26,830 bases of DNA. It comes from a virus (Duplodnaviria > Caudoviricetes). The stretch is from positions 1-26,830 of the IMG/VR virus record IMGVR_UViG_3300017776_000147; one strand, given 5' to 3'. Positions 6,572 through 15,671 of this stretch are shown here, in pieces. The position numbers and the translations under genes were made by a program. Every line of letters starts with the position of its first letter. Within the stretch, counting starts at the first letter, position 1. The notes beneath the pieces are model-generated. The model made no database searches and was not told where the DNA came from. It was given only the letters and a program-made list of their open reading frames with translations.

Positions 6572-6922
6572 ATGGACTATCAAGAAGCACCTCAAGAGTT
6601 CTTCGATGAGGTAGCCGAGAAACTCGAGGGCATTAAAGCTATTGTACAAAAGTACGGGCTAGAAGACCAATGGGTTTCTGCATTCGTGGGTGGAGTATAT
6701 ACTCCAAACGAAGATGGCTCTGCAAAACTGAAAACGATATTGGACTACGTAGTAGTAGACGAAGATGAATTAGATGAGATTCTGTCTCTTGCTGTTTCAT
6801 ACTATCAGCAGATGGATTCACCAAGCATTCCTCGGGAATTGAGGGATACTGATGATTGGACTTCTGAAGATTGGATGAACTTTATCCATAAAAACACAGA
6901 CAAAGATGGAGACACCAATTAG
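6572..6922 (+). CDS. Hypothetical acidic protein (116 aa)
   Basis: ORF with A-rich leader; first gene of a tightly packed operon. Confidence 0.8.
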   Translation: MDYQEAPQEFFDEVAEKLEGIKAIVQKYGLEDQWVSAFVGGVYTPNEDGSAKLKTILDYVVVDEDELDEILSLAVSYYQQMDSPSIPRELRDTDDWTSEDWMNFIHKNTDKDGDTN

Positions 6923-7148
6923 AAAAATTATTTGCGGTAAAGACCCAAAAAATGGGTTTGCATTTGTAGTAGGTCAAACAATTTACGGTGGCGGAACTAT
7001 TCACGCAATCGCTCAGGACGGACGTGCCGAGCAGTTGTATGGTCGCTCACGCTTTCTAATCTACATCGAGAACGAAGACGGTATACTGCTTTGGAAAGCA
7101 ATTGACAGTATGCCTGTTATTGTTGAATACGATATTGACTTAGGATAA
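6906..7148 (+). CDS. Small conserved phage protein (IRKI..G.D.K...F.VGQ..YGG)
   Basis: Resembles the small protein I recall preceding GroES/terminase in aquatic crAss-like phages; stop coupled to the next ATG. Confidence 0.75.
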   Translation: METPIRKIICGKDPKNGFAFVVGQTIYGGGTIHAIAQDGRAEQLYGRSRFLIYIENEDGILLWKAIDSMPVIVEYDIDLG

Positions 7149-7741
7149 TGAAACCTTTATACGACTTTATAGTAGAAATTGGTAAACTATATCAAGACGA
7201 TATTCAGTTATCTGACGGAGCAATTTTGATTAAGGATACGCGCTTTGATGATTTCGAGGGACGTATCTCTTATGGTACTATTAAAGCTATTCCTGCTAAG
7301 TGGAACATTCCTGAAAAAGTACAGGTCGGAGACACACTTATTTTTCATCACCACGTCAACCAACAACCCGACAAGTTTGGGATTGGGAACAATTGCTACT
7401 TGGTAGCGTATCATCCAACTGAGATTACAGGACAGGCATATATGGTTATTCATCAAGACGGCTCAGTTACCGTTTTGGGAACTTGGGTAATCTTGGATGC
7501 TGTACCTGACGTAGAGGAAGAGATGGTGTCTGCAAGTGGATTGTATTTAGGTACACAGAAAGTTGAGACTAAGAACGAGGCTGTTGTCTTGTACCCTAGC
7601 GAAGGAACAGATGAAGCAGGTATCGAGGTCGGAGACTTGGTTATATATAAGCAAAATGCAGACTACAGAATCACTTTGCCCGATGGCTCACAGGTGTTCC
7701 GTATGAAACCTGACTTTATTTACGCGGCTTATGTCAGATAA
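7148..7741 (+). CDS. groES: GroES/Cpn10-like co-chaperonin with tandem domains
   Basis: MKPLYDFIV..., VQVGDTLIFHH, SASGLYL, GIEVGDLVIY: two Cpn10-like halves. Confidence 0.75.
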   Translation: MKPLYDFIVEIGKLYQDDIQLSDGAILIKDTRFDDFEGRISYGTIKAIPAKWNIPEKVQVGDTLIFHHHVNQQPDKFGIGNNCYLVAYHPTEITGQAYMVIHQDGSVTVLGTWVILDAVPDVEEEMVSASGLYLGTQKVETKNEAVVLYPSEGTDEAGIEVGDLVIYKQNADYRITLPDGSQVFRMKPDFIYAAYVR

Positions 7742-8018
7742 GAACTTTACATTAGAGGCTGCGATACGTCTATTAGAGTCAACAGAGATTGCTATCAATA
7801 ATATGATTGAGGAAATCAAAAAACCTGTTGATGCTGAACTGAACGGCTCAGGTCGTAAAGCGGAACTCGCTTCAATCAAACAGGCTACATCAGATGCTAA
7901 GGATATGTTGGTAATGAGACAGGAAATAGAGCAAATGATAAAAAATGCACAAGAGACAGGAGGGCTAGAAGAAAAGCAAGACTTCTCAGGTGGATTTGCT
8001 GAAAGATTTAGCAAGTAA
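7731..8018 (+). CDS. Putative terminase small subunit
   Basis: 95 aa helical protein immediately upstream of TerL, ending GFAERFSK. Function inferred from position. Confidence 0.5.
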   Translation: MSDKNFTLEAAIRLLESTEIAINNMIEEIKKPVDAELNGSGRKAELASIKQATSDAKDMLVMRQEIEQMIKNAQETGGLEEKQDFSGGFAERFSK

Positions 8019-8085
8019 TGCCCACATTTTAACATTTTTTTACTTTTGAGACTTTTGCTTAAACATTTAAGTAAAAAATTAAACA

Positions 8086-8093
8086 TATATTTG
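8086..8093 (+). promoter_or_regulatory. Bacteroidota -7 promoter element
   Basis: TATATTTG, 14 nt upstream of the TerL ATG. Confidence 0.65.
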
Positions 8094-8107
8094 TAAATCG
8101 TATACTA

Positions 8108-10231
8108 ATGGCGGGATTAAAAAAAGTAGATGGATACGAAGAAAAAATCATCAATATATGCCCTAACGATTCAATGGGGTCTATCATCGAGTTGGAGGGG
8201 TTGTATATCCAACTTCCTGTACAGCCTGATGATGCTGAGATTTTGTTCTCCGATTTACCTCAGTCTAAGCAACATTGGGTGCGTCAAAATTTCCCACAAG
8301 TACTCAAAGGGATTCGTTCTATGGATGAGTGGGCGCAACAGCCGAGTAACTTTAGAAAAACCTATAGTGCATATATCGAAAGGGAGTTTAAGCGTAGGCG
8401 CGAAGGTGTTTGGATGTACATTAACGGTGAAGCGACTTATATCACAGGCAACCATTACTTTATGCTCCAATGGGTCAAAATTGACGGCTCATTCTACGGA
8501 GACTATTTAGCATTTCAAAGAAAACTTTTTATCCACGCTGAGGCGTGTCGTGTAGACCCAAGGTGCGTTGGACAATTGTTTACCAAGTGTCGTCGTTCGG
8601 GTTACACAAATATGGCTGTGGCCACCCTGTTGGCGGAGGGCACGATAGCAAAGGACAAAGTATTAGGGATTATGTCTAAGACGGGTAAGGACGCTCAGGA
8701 AAACGTCTTTATGAAAAAGGTAGTGTCTATGTATAAGCACTTTCCGTTTTTCTTTAAGCCCATTCAGGACGGTTCAACCAACCCTCGTATGGAGTTGGCT
8801 TTCCGTGAACCCGCAAAGAAAATCACAAAAAACAATAAAACAGCAACTGTCGGTGAAGCACTTGATACCGTAATTAATTGGAAAAACACGGTAAACAATG
8901 CTTATGATGGTGAGCGTCTATACTACTTATTCCTTGATGAAGCAGGTAAGTGGGAAAAGCCTTCGGATATCCGTGAGGCTTGGCGTATCAATAGAACCTG
9001 TTTGATTGTAGGGCGTAAAATTGTAGGTACAGCTTTGGTCGGCTCTACGGTAAACCCTATGAACAAAGGTGGTCAACAGTATAAAGATTTATGGAATGAC
9101 TCAGACCCAAAAGAACGTAACGCCAATGGTCGTACACGCTCTATGCTTTACCGCATATTCATCCCTGCCTACGAAGCGCTTGAAGGATTTTTCGATAAGT
9201 TTGGAAACCCAATCATCGAAGACCCTGCAAAGCCTATGGAAGCCTTAGATGGAGAAATGATTATTATGGGGGCACGTACATACTTAAATAACGAACGTAA
9301 AGCCTTAAAAGACGACGCTAACGAACTCAACGAGGTTGTGCGTCAGTTCCCCTACTCTGCAGAAGAGGCATTCCGTGACTCTGTAAAAAGTAGTCTGTTT
9401 AACCTTGGTAAAATATACGAGCAAAAAGAGCACAACGACTTAATGTATCCTAAGCCAACCGTAACAGGCAACTTTCAATGGAAAAGTGGACAGATGGATA
9501 CAGAAGTGGAGTTTGTTCCCGACCCACAAGGGCGTTGGGTTGTAGCGTGGCAGCCAAAACACGATGACAGAAACATAAAAGTAAAACACCGTAACGGACA
9601 TTGGACAGCACCACACGGAAACAAAGGCGTTGGCGGAGTCGATAGTTATGACCTTGACGCCACAGTAGATGGACGAGGCTCGAAAGGCGCTTGTCATTTC
9701 TATAACAAGTTTAGTATGAATGATGTAAGTAATGTGTTTATTGCAGAGTATTGTTCACGACCACCGATGGCTAAGATATTTTATGAGGATGTATTAATGG
9801 CGGCTGTGTACTTTGGCTATCCTATTCTTATAGAAAACAACAAGTACGGTATTGCACGTTACTTTGAGGAGCGAGGCTACCTCGAGTATCTATTAGATAG
9901 ACCTGCACACTTAGGCGGAGCAGCAAGTAAGTCTAAGACTAAGGGTATTCCCTCTAACTCGGCTGAAATAATTCAGGCTCACGCTATGGCTATTGAATCC
10001 TATATACATAATTATGTGGGTGAGAATATGGACACAGGGGAAATGGGTAGAATGTATCTTGACAGAACATTAGAGGATTGGATTGGATTCCGTATAGACA
10101 ATCGTACCAAATACGATTTATCAATTAGTTCAGGACTATGTTTACTTGCGTCACAGATTAAGCCTAAAAAAGTAAAACAGGCTGACTTTTCTAACAAAAA
10201 GTTCTTTAGACGTTATAAGCCTAACGCTTAG
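8108..10231 (+). CDS. terL: Terminase large subunit (crAss-like)
   Basis: KCRRSGYT Walker A-like motif, LFLDEAGKW Walker B, GST coupling motif, and nuclease motifs GVDSYD, LIENN, RTKYDLSISSG. Confidence 0.93.
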   Translation: MAGLKKVDGYEEKIINICPNDSMGSIIELEGLYIQLPVQPDDAEILFSDLPQSKQHWVRQNFPQVLKGIRSMDEWAQQPSNFRKTYSAYIEREFKRRREGVWMYINGEATYITGNHYFMLQWVKIDGSFYGDYLAFQRKLFIHAEACRVDPRCVGQLFTKCRRSGYTNMAVATLLAEGTIAKDKVLGIMSKTGKDAQENVFMKKVVSMYKHFPFFFKPIQDGSTNPRMELAFREPAKKITKNNKTATVGEALDTVINWKNTVNNAYDGERLYYLFLDEAGKWEKPSDIREAWRINRTCLIVGRKIVGTALVGSTVNPMNKGGQQYKDLWNDSDPKERNANGRTRSMLYRIFIPAYEALEGFFDKFGNPIIEDPAKPMEALDGEMIIMGARTYLNNERKALKDDANELNEVVRQFPYSAEEAFRDSVKSSLFNLGKIYEQKEHNDLMYPKPTVTGNFQWKSGQMDTEVEFVPDPQGRWVVAWQPKHDDRNIKVKHRNGHWTAPHGNKGVGGVDSYDLDATVDGRGSKGACHFYNKFSMNDVSNVFIAEYCSRPPMAKIFYEDVLMAAVYFGYPILIENNKYGIARYFEERGYLEYLLDRPAHLGGAASKSKTKGIPSNSAEIIQAHAMAIESYIHNYVGENMDTGEMGRMYLDRTLEDWIGFRIDNRTKYDLSISSGLCLLASQIKPKKVKQADFSNKKFFRRYKPNA

Positions 10232-10242
10232 GGAATTTTTCT

Positions 10243-10250
10243 TATCTTTG
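10243..10250 (+). promoter_or_regulatory. Bacteroidota -7 promoter element
   Basis: TATCTTTG(C) between TerL and portal. Confidence 0.7.
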
Positions 10251-10273
10251 CATAATAGACAATCTTGTGCGAA

Positions 10274-12700
10274 ATGAATAAGAACTATGGTAATTTCCCC
10301 GACCCAACAGCGAAGACTGTTGAAAAAATGTCAAAGGGGTATGGTACAGCCTATGCCAAGGCTATTATGGGACAATGGGGTGGAACAGAATCCACCACGT
10401 CACTTTATCAAAAACGATTAAAGGAATTTGAACGCGCCCGTGATTATGCTCAAGGTACGCAGTCTACTCAAATTTACAAGCAAATTTTAAACAGTCTTGA
10501 CCCCAACGGCGGTCAGGGCACTCTGTTGAATTTAGATTGGACTCCCGTTCCTATTGTGCCTAAATTTGTAAAAATTGTAGTTAACAAGATTTTATCTCTT
10601 AAGCCCTATCCCAATGTAGAGGCTATCGACCCGCTATCTCGCGGAGAAAAAGAAATGAAGAAAGCACGTACACGCGCCGCTATCGAGAACAAAGACTTCT
10701 TGAAAGAAATGAAGAGCTTGGGTGTTTCTCTCAAAGACGATGTTGATGCACTTCCTGATACTCCTGAAGAAGCAGAAATCTTTATTGATACAAACATTAA
10801 AGTAGCTGCAGAAATTGCAGCACAAATTGCAGCAAACCTAACACTTGAGTGGAATGATTTTAATGACTCTACGTTTCGTCGTGCTGTTGAAGATTTAGTT
10901 GTTACAGGTATGGCTGCCGTTAAACGTGAAAACGACCCAAATCACGGTATCGTTGAGCGGTATGTTGACCCATCACATCTTATACATTCATACACGGAAG
11001 ACCCGTTTATGAAGGACTTGGTATACGCAGGTGAAATTCGACGTATGACAATACACGAACTAAAGCGTATTGCAGGTAACGAACTGAGCGAAGAGCAATG
11101 GAGCAAGGTAGCTTCACAGATTAAAAATAAATGGGGCAACGACGCAAGTAAATTAAGCAAGAATTATTATGACCAACGAACAGGTCGTCAAGTATATGGA
11201 TACGACGAATACTCGTTAGAAGTTCTTGACTTTGAGTTTATTGGTCTTGACGAGCAAATCTATGAAGAAAAAATGTCTCAATATGGTAATATTGGATTCT
11301 ATTACAAGGGTGAAGAATACAAAATGCCTACTCAGTCTGTTTATGACCGAAAACCTGTTTATATGAAAACTATGTGTTTGTACGGGGGTTTGTATATAAA
11401 CGGCGCTAACTTGCTATTAAACTATGGTAAAAAGCATAATCAACCACGTAACATCCACGATTTATCTCGCACAACGCTATCTTATTCTATAGTTGCTACC
11501 AATCTTCGCCGTATGATGCCGAAGTCTATGGTAACAGGAATTATTGGGTTTGCAGACCAATTGCAAATTACACACTTAAAAATTCAACAGGCGATTGCCA
11601 AGGCTAAACCTGATGGAATTATGATTGATATTGAGGGTCTTGATAATGTACAGTTGGGTGCAGGTGGTGAACTTTCTCCTCTTGATTTACAGGATATTTA
11701 CGAGCAAACAGGTGTAATGTACTACCGCTCTAAAAACCCTGAAGGCGGATTCCAAAACCCTCCTATTAGAGAAATTAACAATACTATTCGGAACATCAAC
11801 GAATTGATTGGTTTATACAACCACTATCTTCGTATGATTCGTGATGCAACAGGTGTGAATGAGGCTATTGATGGCTCTACCCCTAAAAGCGATGCTTTAG
11901 TTGGTGTAAGAAATCAACAAGCAGTAGCTGCTAATAATGCTTTATACGATATTACACACGCATCACTTGTTCTTTACAAAAGAGTAGTTGAAGATGTAAT
12001 TAAATGTTTGCAGGTTTTGCAAAGCGACTCTATTCTGTATAAGACTTATGAAAAGGCTATCGGAGATAGCGCAATGGATACGTTAAAGGAATTTAAAAAA
12101 CTTCCTATGTATAATTTTGGTATTGTTGTTACAACCGAAATGGATGATGCAGATAAGGCTTATTTAGAGGCAAATATACAACAAGCATTGGCTCAAAGAG
12201 AAATTGATATTGAGGATGCAATTGCAATTAGAAGACTTAAAGATGTTGACCAAGCAGAGCGTTTATTAATTGTTCGACGCGCTAAAAGAATAAAACGTCA
12301 ACAAGAAATAGCAGCTCAAAATTCTCAAATTCAATCACAAGCCGCGCAACAAGCATCGGCGGCTAAAGCACAGGCGGATATGCAGGTGGCTCAGACTCAG
12401 GCTCAATTCGATATGCAGAAAAAGCAGATGGAGGCTCAACTCGAAATGCAGCGTATGCAAATGGAATATCAATTTAAACTTGAACTTGAAAAAATTAGAG
12501 GTGCTAATGCACAAGAAGTTGCTCAAGCAAGTGCAAGTATAAAAAAAGACGTTCAGGTTATGCAGGAAGACCGCAAAGACGAGCGTGTAAAAAAACAGGC
12601 TGAACAGCAATCTAAATTAATTTCTCAACGCAAAGGGGAAAGAGGGGAATTAGAACTAGAAGATGAAGATGATTTTTTATCCTCATTAAACAAACTATAA
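10274..12700 (+). CDS. Portal protein
   Basis: ~808 aa after TerL (ATG 10274 preferred to TTG 10265). LNLDWTPVPIVPKFVKIVVN and IRDATGVNEAIDGSTP motifs, plus a Q-rich C-terminal coiled coil typical of podoviral/crAss-like portals. Confidence 0.88.
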   Translation: MNKNYGNFPDPTAKTVEKMSKGYGTAYAKAIMGQWGGTESTTSLYQKRLKEFERARDYAQGTQSTQIYKQILNSLDPNGGQGTLLNLDWTPVPIVPKFVKIVVNKILSLKPYPNVEAIDPLSRGEKEMKKARTRAAIENKDFLKEMKSLGVSLKDDVDALPDTPEEAEIFIDTNIKVAAEIAAQIAANLTLEWNDFNDSTFRRAVEDLVVTGMAAVKRENDPNHGIVERYVDPSHLIHSYTEDPFMKDLVYAGEIRRMTIHELKRIAGNELSEEQWSKVASQIKNKWGNDASKLSKNYYDQRTGRQVYGYDEYSLEVLDFEFIGLDEQIYEEKMSQYGNIGFYYKGEEYKMPTQSVYDRKPVYMKTMCLYGGLYINGANLLLNYGKKHNQPRNIHDLSRTTLSYSIVATNLRRMMPKSMVTGIIGFADQLQITHLKIQQAIAKAKPDGIMIDIEGLDNVQLGAGGELSPLDLQDIYEQTGVMYYRSKNPEGGFQNPPIREINNTIRNINELIGLYNHYLRMIRDATGVNEAIDGSTPKSDALVGVRNQQAVAANNALYDITHASLVLYKRVVEDVIKCLQVLQSDSILYKTYEKAIGDSAMDTLKEFKKLPMYNFGIVVTTEMDDADKAYLEANIQQALAQREIDIEDAIAIRRLKDVDQAERLLIVRRAKRIKRQQEIAAQNSQIQSQAAQQASAAKAQADMQVAQTQAQFDMQKKQMEAQLEMQRMQMEYQFKLELEKIRGANAQEVAQASASIKKDVQVMQEDRKDERVKKQAEQQSKLISQRKGERGELELEDEDDFLSSLNKL

Positions 12701-12715
12701 TAACGTAATTTTTAG

Positions 12716-12723
12716 TACCTTTG
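12716..12723 (+). promoter_or_regulatory. Bacteroidota -7 promoter element (probably leaderless mRNA)
   Basis: TACCTTTG, 4 nt before ATG 12728. Confidence 0.65.
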
Positions 12724-12727
12724 CATT

Positions 12728-13096
12728 ATGGCGTTGAAAGCAAATTTAGACATAGCACAAAGACTTGATATCACTTGCAGAAAAGGTGATACATTTGAGT
12801 TGATAATAACAATCAAAGACTCTGATGGCGAAGGATTAAATTTAGATGATTATACAGATTTTGAATTAGATGTGCGCCCAACTGACGAAGACACAGGCAC
12901 TCCTGTACTTACTTTTGAGTTTGCGGATTTTACTGCTCAAGCCACAGGTGTATTAACAGCGACTAAGTCTTATGCAGATATGGCTAATGTAGAATCGGGG
13001 GTTTTTGTTTATGACCTTCAGGCTACTGATAATAATAGCATTAGAACAACTTGGTTCTACGGACTTTTTACAATTATTGACGACGTAACAATTTGA
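12728..13096 (+). CDS. Beta-rich virion/tail-fibre attachment-type protein (122 aa)
   Basis: LDITCRKGDTF...GVFVYDLQ...GLFTIIDDVT pattern; heads the fibre cluster. Confidence 0.65.
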   Translation: MALKANLDIAQRLDITCRKGDTFELIITIKDSDGEGLNLDDYTDFELDVRPTDEDTGTPVLTFEFADFTAQATGVLTATKSYADMANVESGVFVYDLQATDNNSIRTTWFYGLFTIIDDVTI

Positions 13097-13103
13097 TAGT
13101 CGA

Positions 13104-13469
13104 ATGGCTATAACTGCTAACATAACTGTACCATCAAAAGGTAACAGCATTTCCGTAACACAGCCCTCTCAATCTGTTTCTGTAACTCAGAAATCTGCGA
13201 GTCAAATTTCTATTGTTGACCGCCAATCTATTGTTGGAATATCGGCGGCATCGGATAAACATTTTACTATTAATATAAATGTTAATGATTGGTCTGCGAA
13301 TGGGGATGAATGGGAAACAACTATAACTCACAATCTCAACAAAAAACCATCTGTAACCATTGTTGATTCCTTTAATCAAACTCAGTATCCCGACATTGAG
13401 TATATAGACAACAATAGAGTAAAACTAATTGTGCGAGGTCAATTTTCAGGGAAGGCTCACTTCAACTAA
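13104..13469 (+). CDS. Small tail-fibre-associated protein (121 aa)
   Basis: C-terminal ITHNLNKKPSVTIVDS...FSGKA domain, related to the C-terminus of the next protein. Confidence 0.7.
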   Translation: MAITANITVPSKGNSISVTQPSQSVSVTQKSASQISIVDRQSIVGISAASDKHFTININVNDWSANGDEWETTITHNLNKKPSVTIVDSFNQTQYPDIEYIDNNRVKLIVRGQFSGKAHFN

Positions 13470-13475
13470 TTTTCT

Positions 13476-13483
13476 TATCTTTG
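13476..13483 (+). promoter_or_regulatory. Bacteroidota -7 promoter element
   Basis: TATCTTTG(C) upstream of the fibre gene. Confidence 0.7.
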
Positions 13484-13514
13484 CAAATAGTTATATAACA
13501 TAAACTTTTTGCAA

Positions 13515-15587
13515 ATGAAATTTCTAAACAATTTAGACCTGCAAAGCAATGAGTTGCAGAATGCTGTAATTCATAACTATGCAGGTAATCCCGACGGAAA
13601 CCTTAGCGGTACAGAGGGTCAAATTGTATACTCAACTACACTTGATGCGCTTTTTTATAATGATGGTGCTTCTGCTACTAGTTGGGAACAATTGGCTTCA
13701 GGTACGTCTGCGGTTTCATCCGTAACGGCGGGTGATTCATCTATCGTTGTTGGCGGTACATCGACAAATCCAACTATCGCTCACGCAGACACTTCGTCTG
13801 TTTCTGACGTTACTGCTGCGTCTCGTACTTACGTAGACGGTATCACATTTGATACTTACGGGCACGTACAAACTATTAGTACATCTACAGAAACTGTAAC
13901 CAACTCAGATACTACGTATTCTGTTAGCGTTGGCGCAGGTGCTTCTAACTCATCTACTATTGTCTTGACCGCAGGTGGTTCAGGCTCAGGTACTGACAGC
14001 ATCGAAATTGCAGGTGGCTCTAATGTTACTATTAGTGAATCAGGTGATGTAATCACAATTGCTGCTTCAGATGACAACGACATTGATTATGTAAACGCAG
14101 CATCTTTTTCAAGTGGTACGCTTAATTTAACAGGTGTCGGAAACGCAGGTGCATCTGTTTCTCTTGATGGTCGATATTTACTAATTGGAGATGAGGATGC
14201 AGGTTTCAAAACCATTTCTGTATCGGGTCAAAGTGACGTAGTGGCTGACGCTACTGACGACACACTAACACTTGCTGCGGGAAGCAATGTGACGATTACT
14301 ACAAACGCGTCTACTGACACGATTACATTTGCCTCTGCTAATGATAACGACATTGACTATATTAGTGGTGCTACATTTAGTTCAGGAACTTTAAATTTAA
14401 CGGGTGTTGGTAATGCAGGTGCTTCTGTATCCCTAGATGGACGTTACCTTCAATCTGAGTCTGACACTCTTGACAGCGTAACAGGCCGCGGAGCTACTAC
14501 AACTAATGCAGTTACAGTTGGCGACCTAACCGTAAATGGGGATTTAACTGTTTCGGGTAATCACATTATAACTCTTGCTGAAGAGGTTCGTGTAGAAGAT
14601 AGCCTGTTTGTTCTTAATCACGGATTTACGGGAACTCCATCCGAGGATGCGGGTCTATTAGTGGAGCGTGGAACTGCTACTAACGTAGCGATGATTTGGG
14701 ACGAGTCTGCTGACGAGTTTGTATTTGGTACAACAGCTGAAGCAGGTGCTGACAACACATTAACACTATCGGGTACTGCTGCTGTTCGCACAGGCGCTCT
14801 TGAAGTTGACGGAACTCTTCAATTGGACTCTGTTGTTAATGCAGGTGTTGACACGGATAAGTTTCTTGTATTAGATTCTTCGGGTAATGTAGACTTCCGT
14901 ACAGGTGCTGAGGTTCTTTCTGATATCGGTGCAGGTTCAGGTACAATGAGCGAGTTTACTATCTCTGACGGTAGCAGCACTTCAGTAATCACAAATGGAG
15001 ATACAGTTACAGTTACAGGAACAGGACTTATTTCCGTAGCAGAAAGCGGTGGGACACTTACAGTTAGCACTACTGCTAACAACTATTCTCACCCTACTCA
15101 GTCTGCAATTAATGCTTCGGGTTCAGGGGCAACGGTTGTTGACGGAGTTACCGTTAATACTTTGGGTCATACTACTGCGGTATCTACTCGCACTCTAACT
15201 CTCGCTAACCTTGGTTACACGGGTGCTACTGACGCAAACAACTATGTCCTTCCAAGTGCAACTACAACTGTTACGGGGGGTGTTGAACTTGCTACTACTA
15301 CTGAGGCCTCTACAGGTACTGATAGTTCTCGTGCTGTTACTGCTGCGGGTGTTCAGAAATTTTACAACGATAGACGTTACAAGACTTCTATTGGTGATGG
15401 AACTAACACAGCTTACACGGTTACTCACGGATTGGGTACTAAAGATGTAGTTGTACAGTTGTACGACGTAAGTTCAGGCGATACTGTTTACGCTGATATT
15501 GTTCGTTCAAGCACTACTGAGTTAGAAATTACTTTTGGTTCTGCTCCTGCAAGTAATGATATCCGAGTTCTTGTTATTGAATTATAA
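13515..15587 (+). CDS. Tail fibre protein (S/T/G/D-rich, modular)
   Basis: 690 aa from ATG 13515. LDSVTGRGATTT, DAGLLVERG, ATTTVTGGVELAT and VTHGLGTKDVVVQLYD modules, plus an internal repeat. Confidence 0.85.
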   Translation: MKFLNNLDLQSNELQNAVIHNYAGNPDGNLSGTEGQIVYSTTLDALFYNDGASATSWEQLASGTSAVSSVTAGDSSIVVGGTSTNPTIAHADTSSVSDVTAASRTYVDGITFDTYGHVQTISTSTETVTNSDTTYSVSVGAGASNSSTIVLTAGGSGSGTDSIEIAGGSNVTISESGDVITIAASDDNDIDYVNAASFSSGTLNLTGVGNAGASVSLDGRYLLIGDEDAGFKTISVSGQSDVVADATDDTLTLAAGSNVTITTNASTDTITFASANDNDIDYISGATFSSGTLNLTGVGNAGASVSLDGRYLQSESDTLDSVTGRGATTTNAVTVGDLTVNGDLTVSGNHIITLAEEVRVEDSLFVLNHGFTGTPSEDAGLLVERGTATNVAMIWDESADEFVFGTTAEAGADNTLTLSGTAAVRTGALEVDGTLQLDSVVNAGVDTDKFLVLDSSGNVDFRTGAEVLSDIGAGSGTMSEFTISDGSSTSVITNGDTVTVTGTGLISVAESGGTLTVSTTANNYSHPTQSAINASGSGATVVDGVTVNTLGHTTAVSTRTLTLANLGYTGATDANNYVLPSATTTVTGGVELATTTEASTGTDSSRAVTAAGVQKFYNDRRYKTSIGDGTNTAYTVTHGLGTKDVVVQLYDVSSGDTVYADIVRSSTTELEITFGSAPASNDIRVLVIEL
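14073..14450 (+). repeat. Internal 36-codon duplication in the tail fibre
   Basis: DNDIDY(V/I)..A.FSSGTLNLTGVGNAGASVSLDGRYL at 14073-14180 and 14343-14450; 32/36 aa identical. Confidence 0.9.
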
Positions 15588-15610
15588 TAATAAACCACGA
15601 TTATAACAAT

Positions 15611-15644
15611 AGAGGGCGGTGCTTGTGCATCGCCTTCTTTTTTT
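15611..15644 (+). terminator. Intrinsic terminator
   Basis: AGAGGGCGGTGC-TTGT-GCATCGCCTTCT followed by a T run. Confidence 0.85.
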
Positions 15645-15645
15645 G

Positions 15646-15653
15646 TATATTTG
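15646..15653 (+). promoter_or_regulatory. Bacteroidota -7 promoter element
   Basis: TATATTTG(C) abutting the terminator T-tract. Confidence 0.7.
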
Positions 15654-15671
15654 CAGTACAATTAGACATCT

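Noticed and set aside
6524-6649. N-terminal extension of the 184-aa minus ORF
   Set aside because: TTG start overlapping the 6572 gene and its promoter; ATG 6523 is more plausible.
12290-12640. Q/A/M-rich stretch in the portal as a novel repeat
   Set aside because: Consistent with the ordinary C-terminal coiled-coil barrel of podoviral portals.
14073-14450. Diversity-generating retroelement TR/VR pair
   Set aside because: Both copies are in-frame, differences are mostly synonymous and not adenine-specific, and no reverse transcriptase is in the window.
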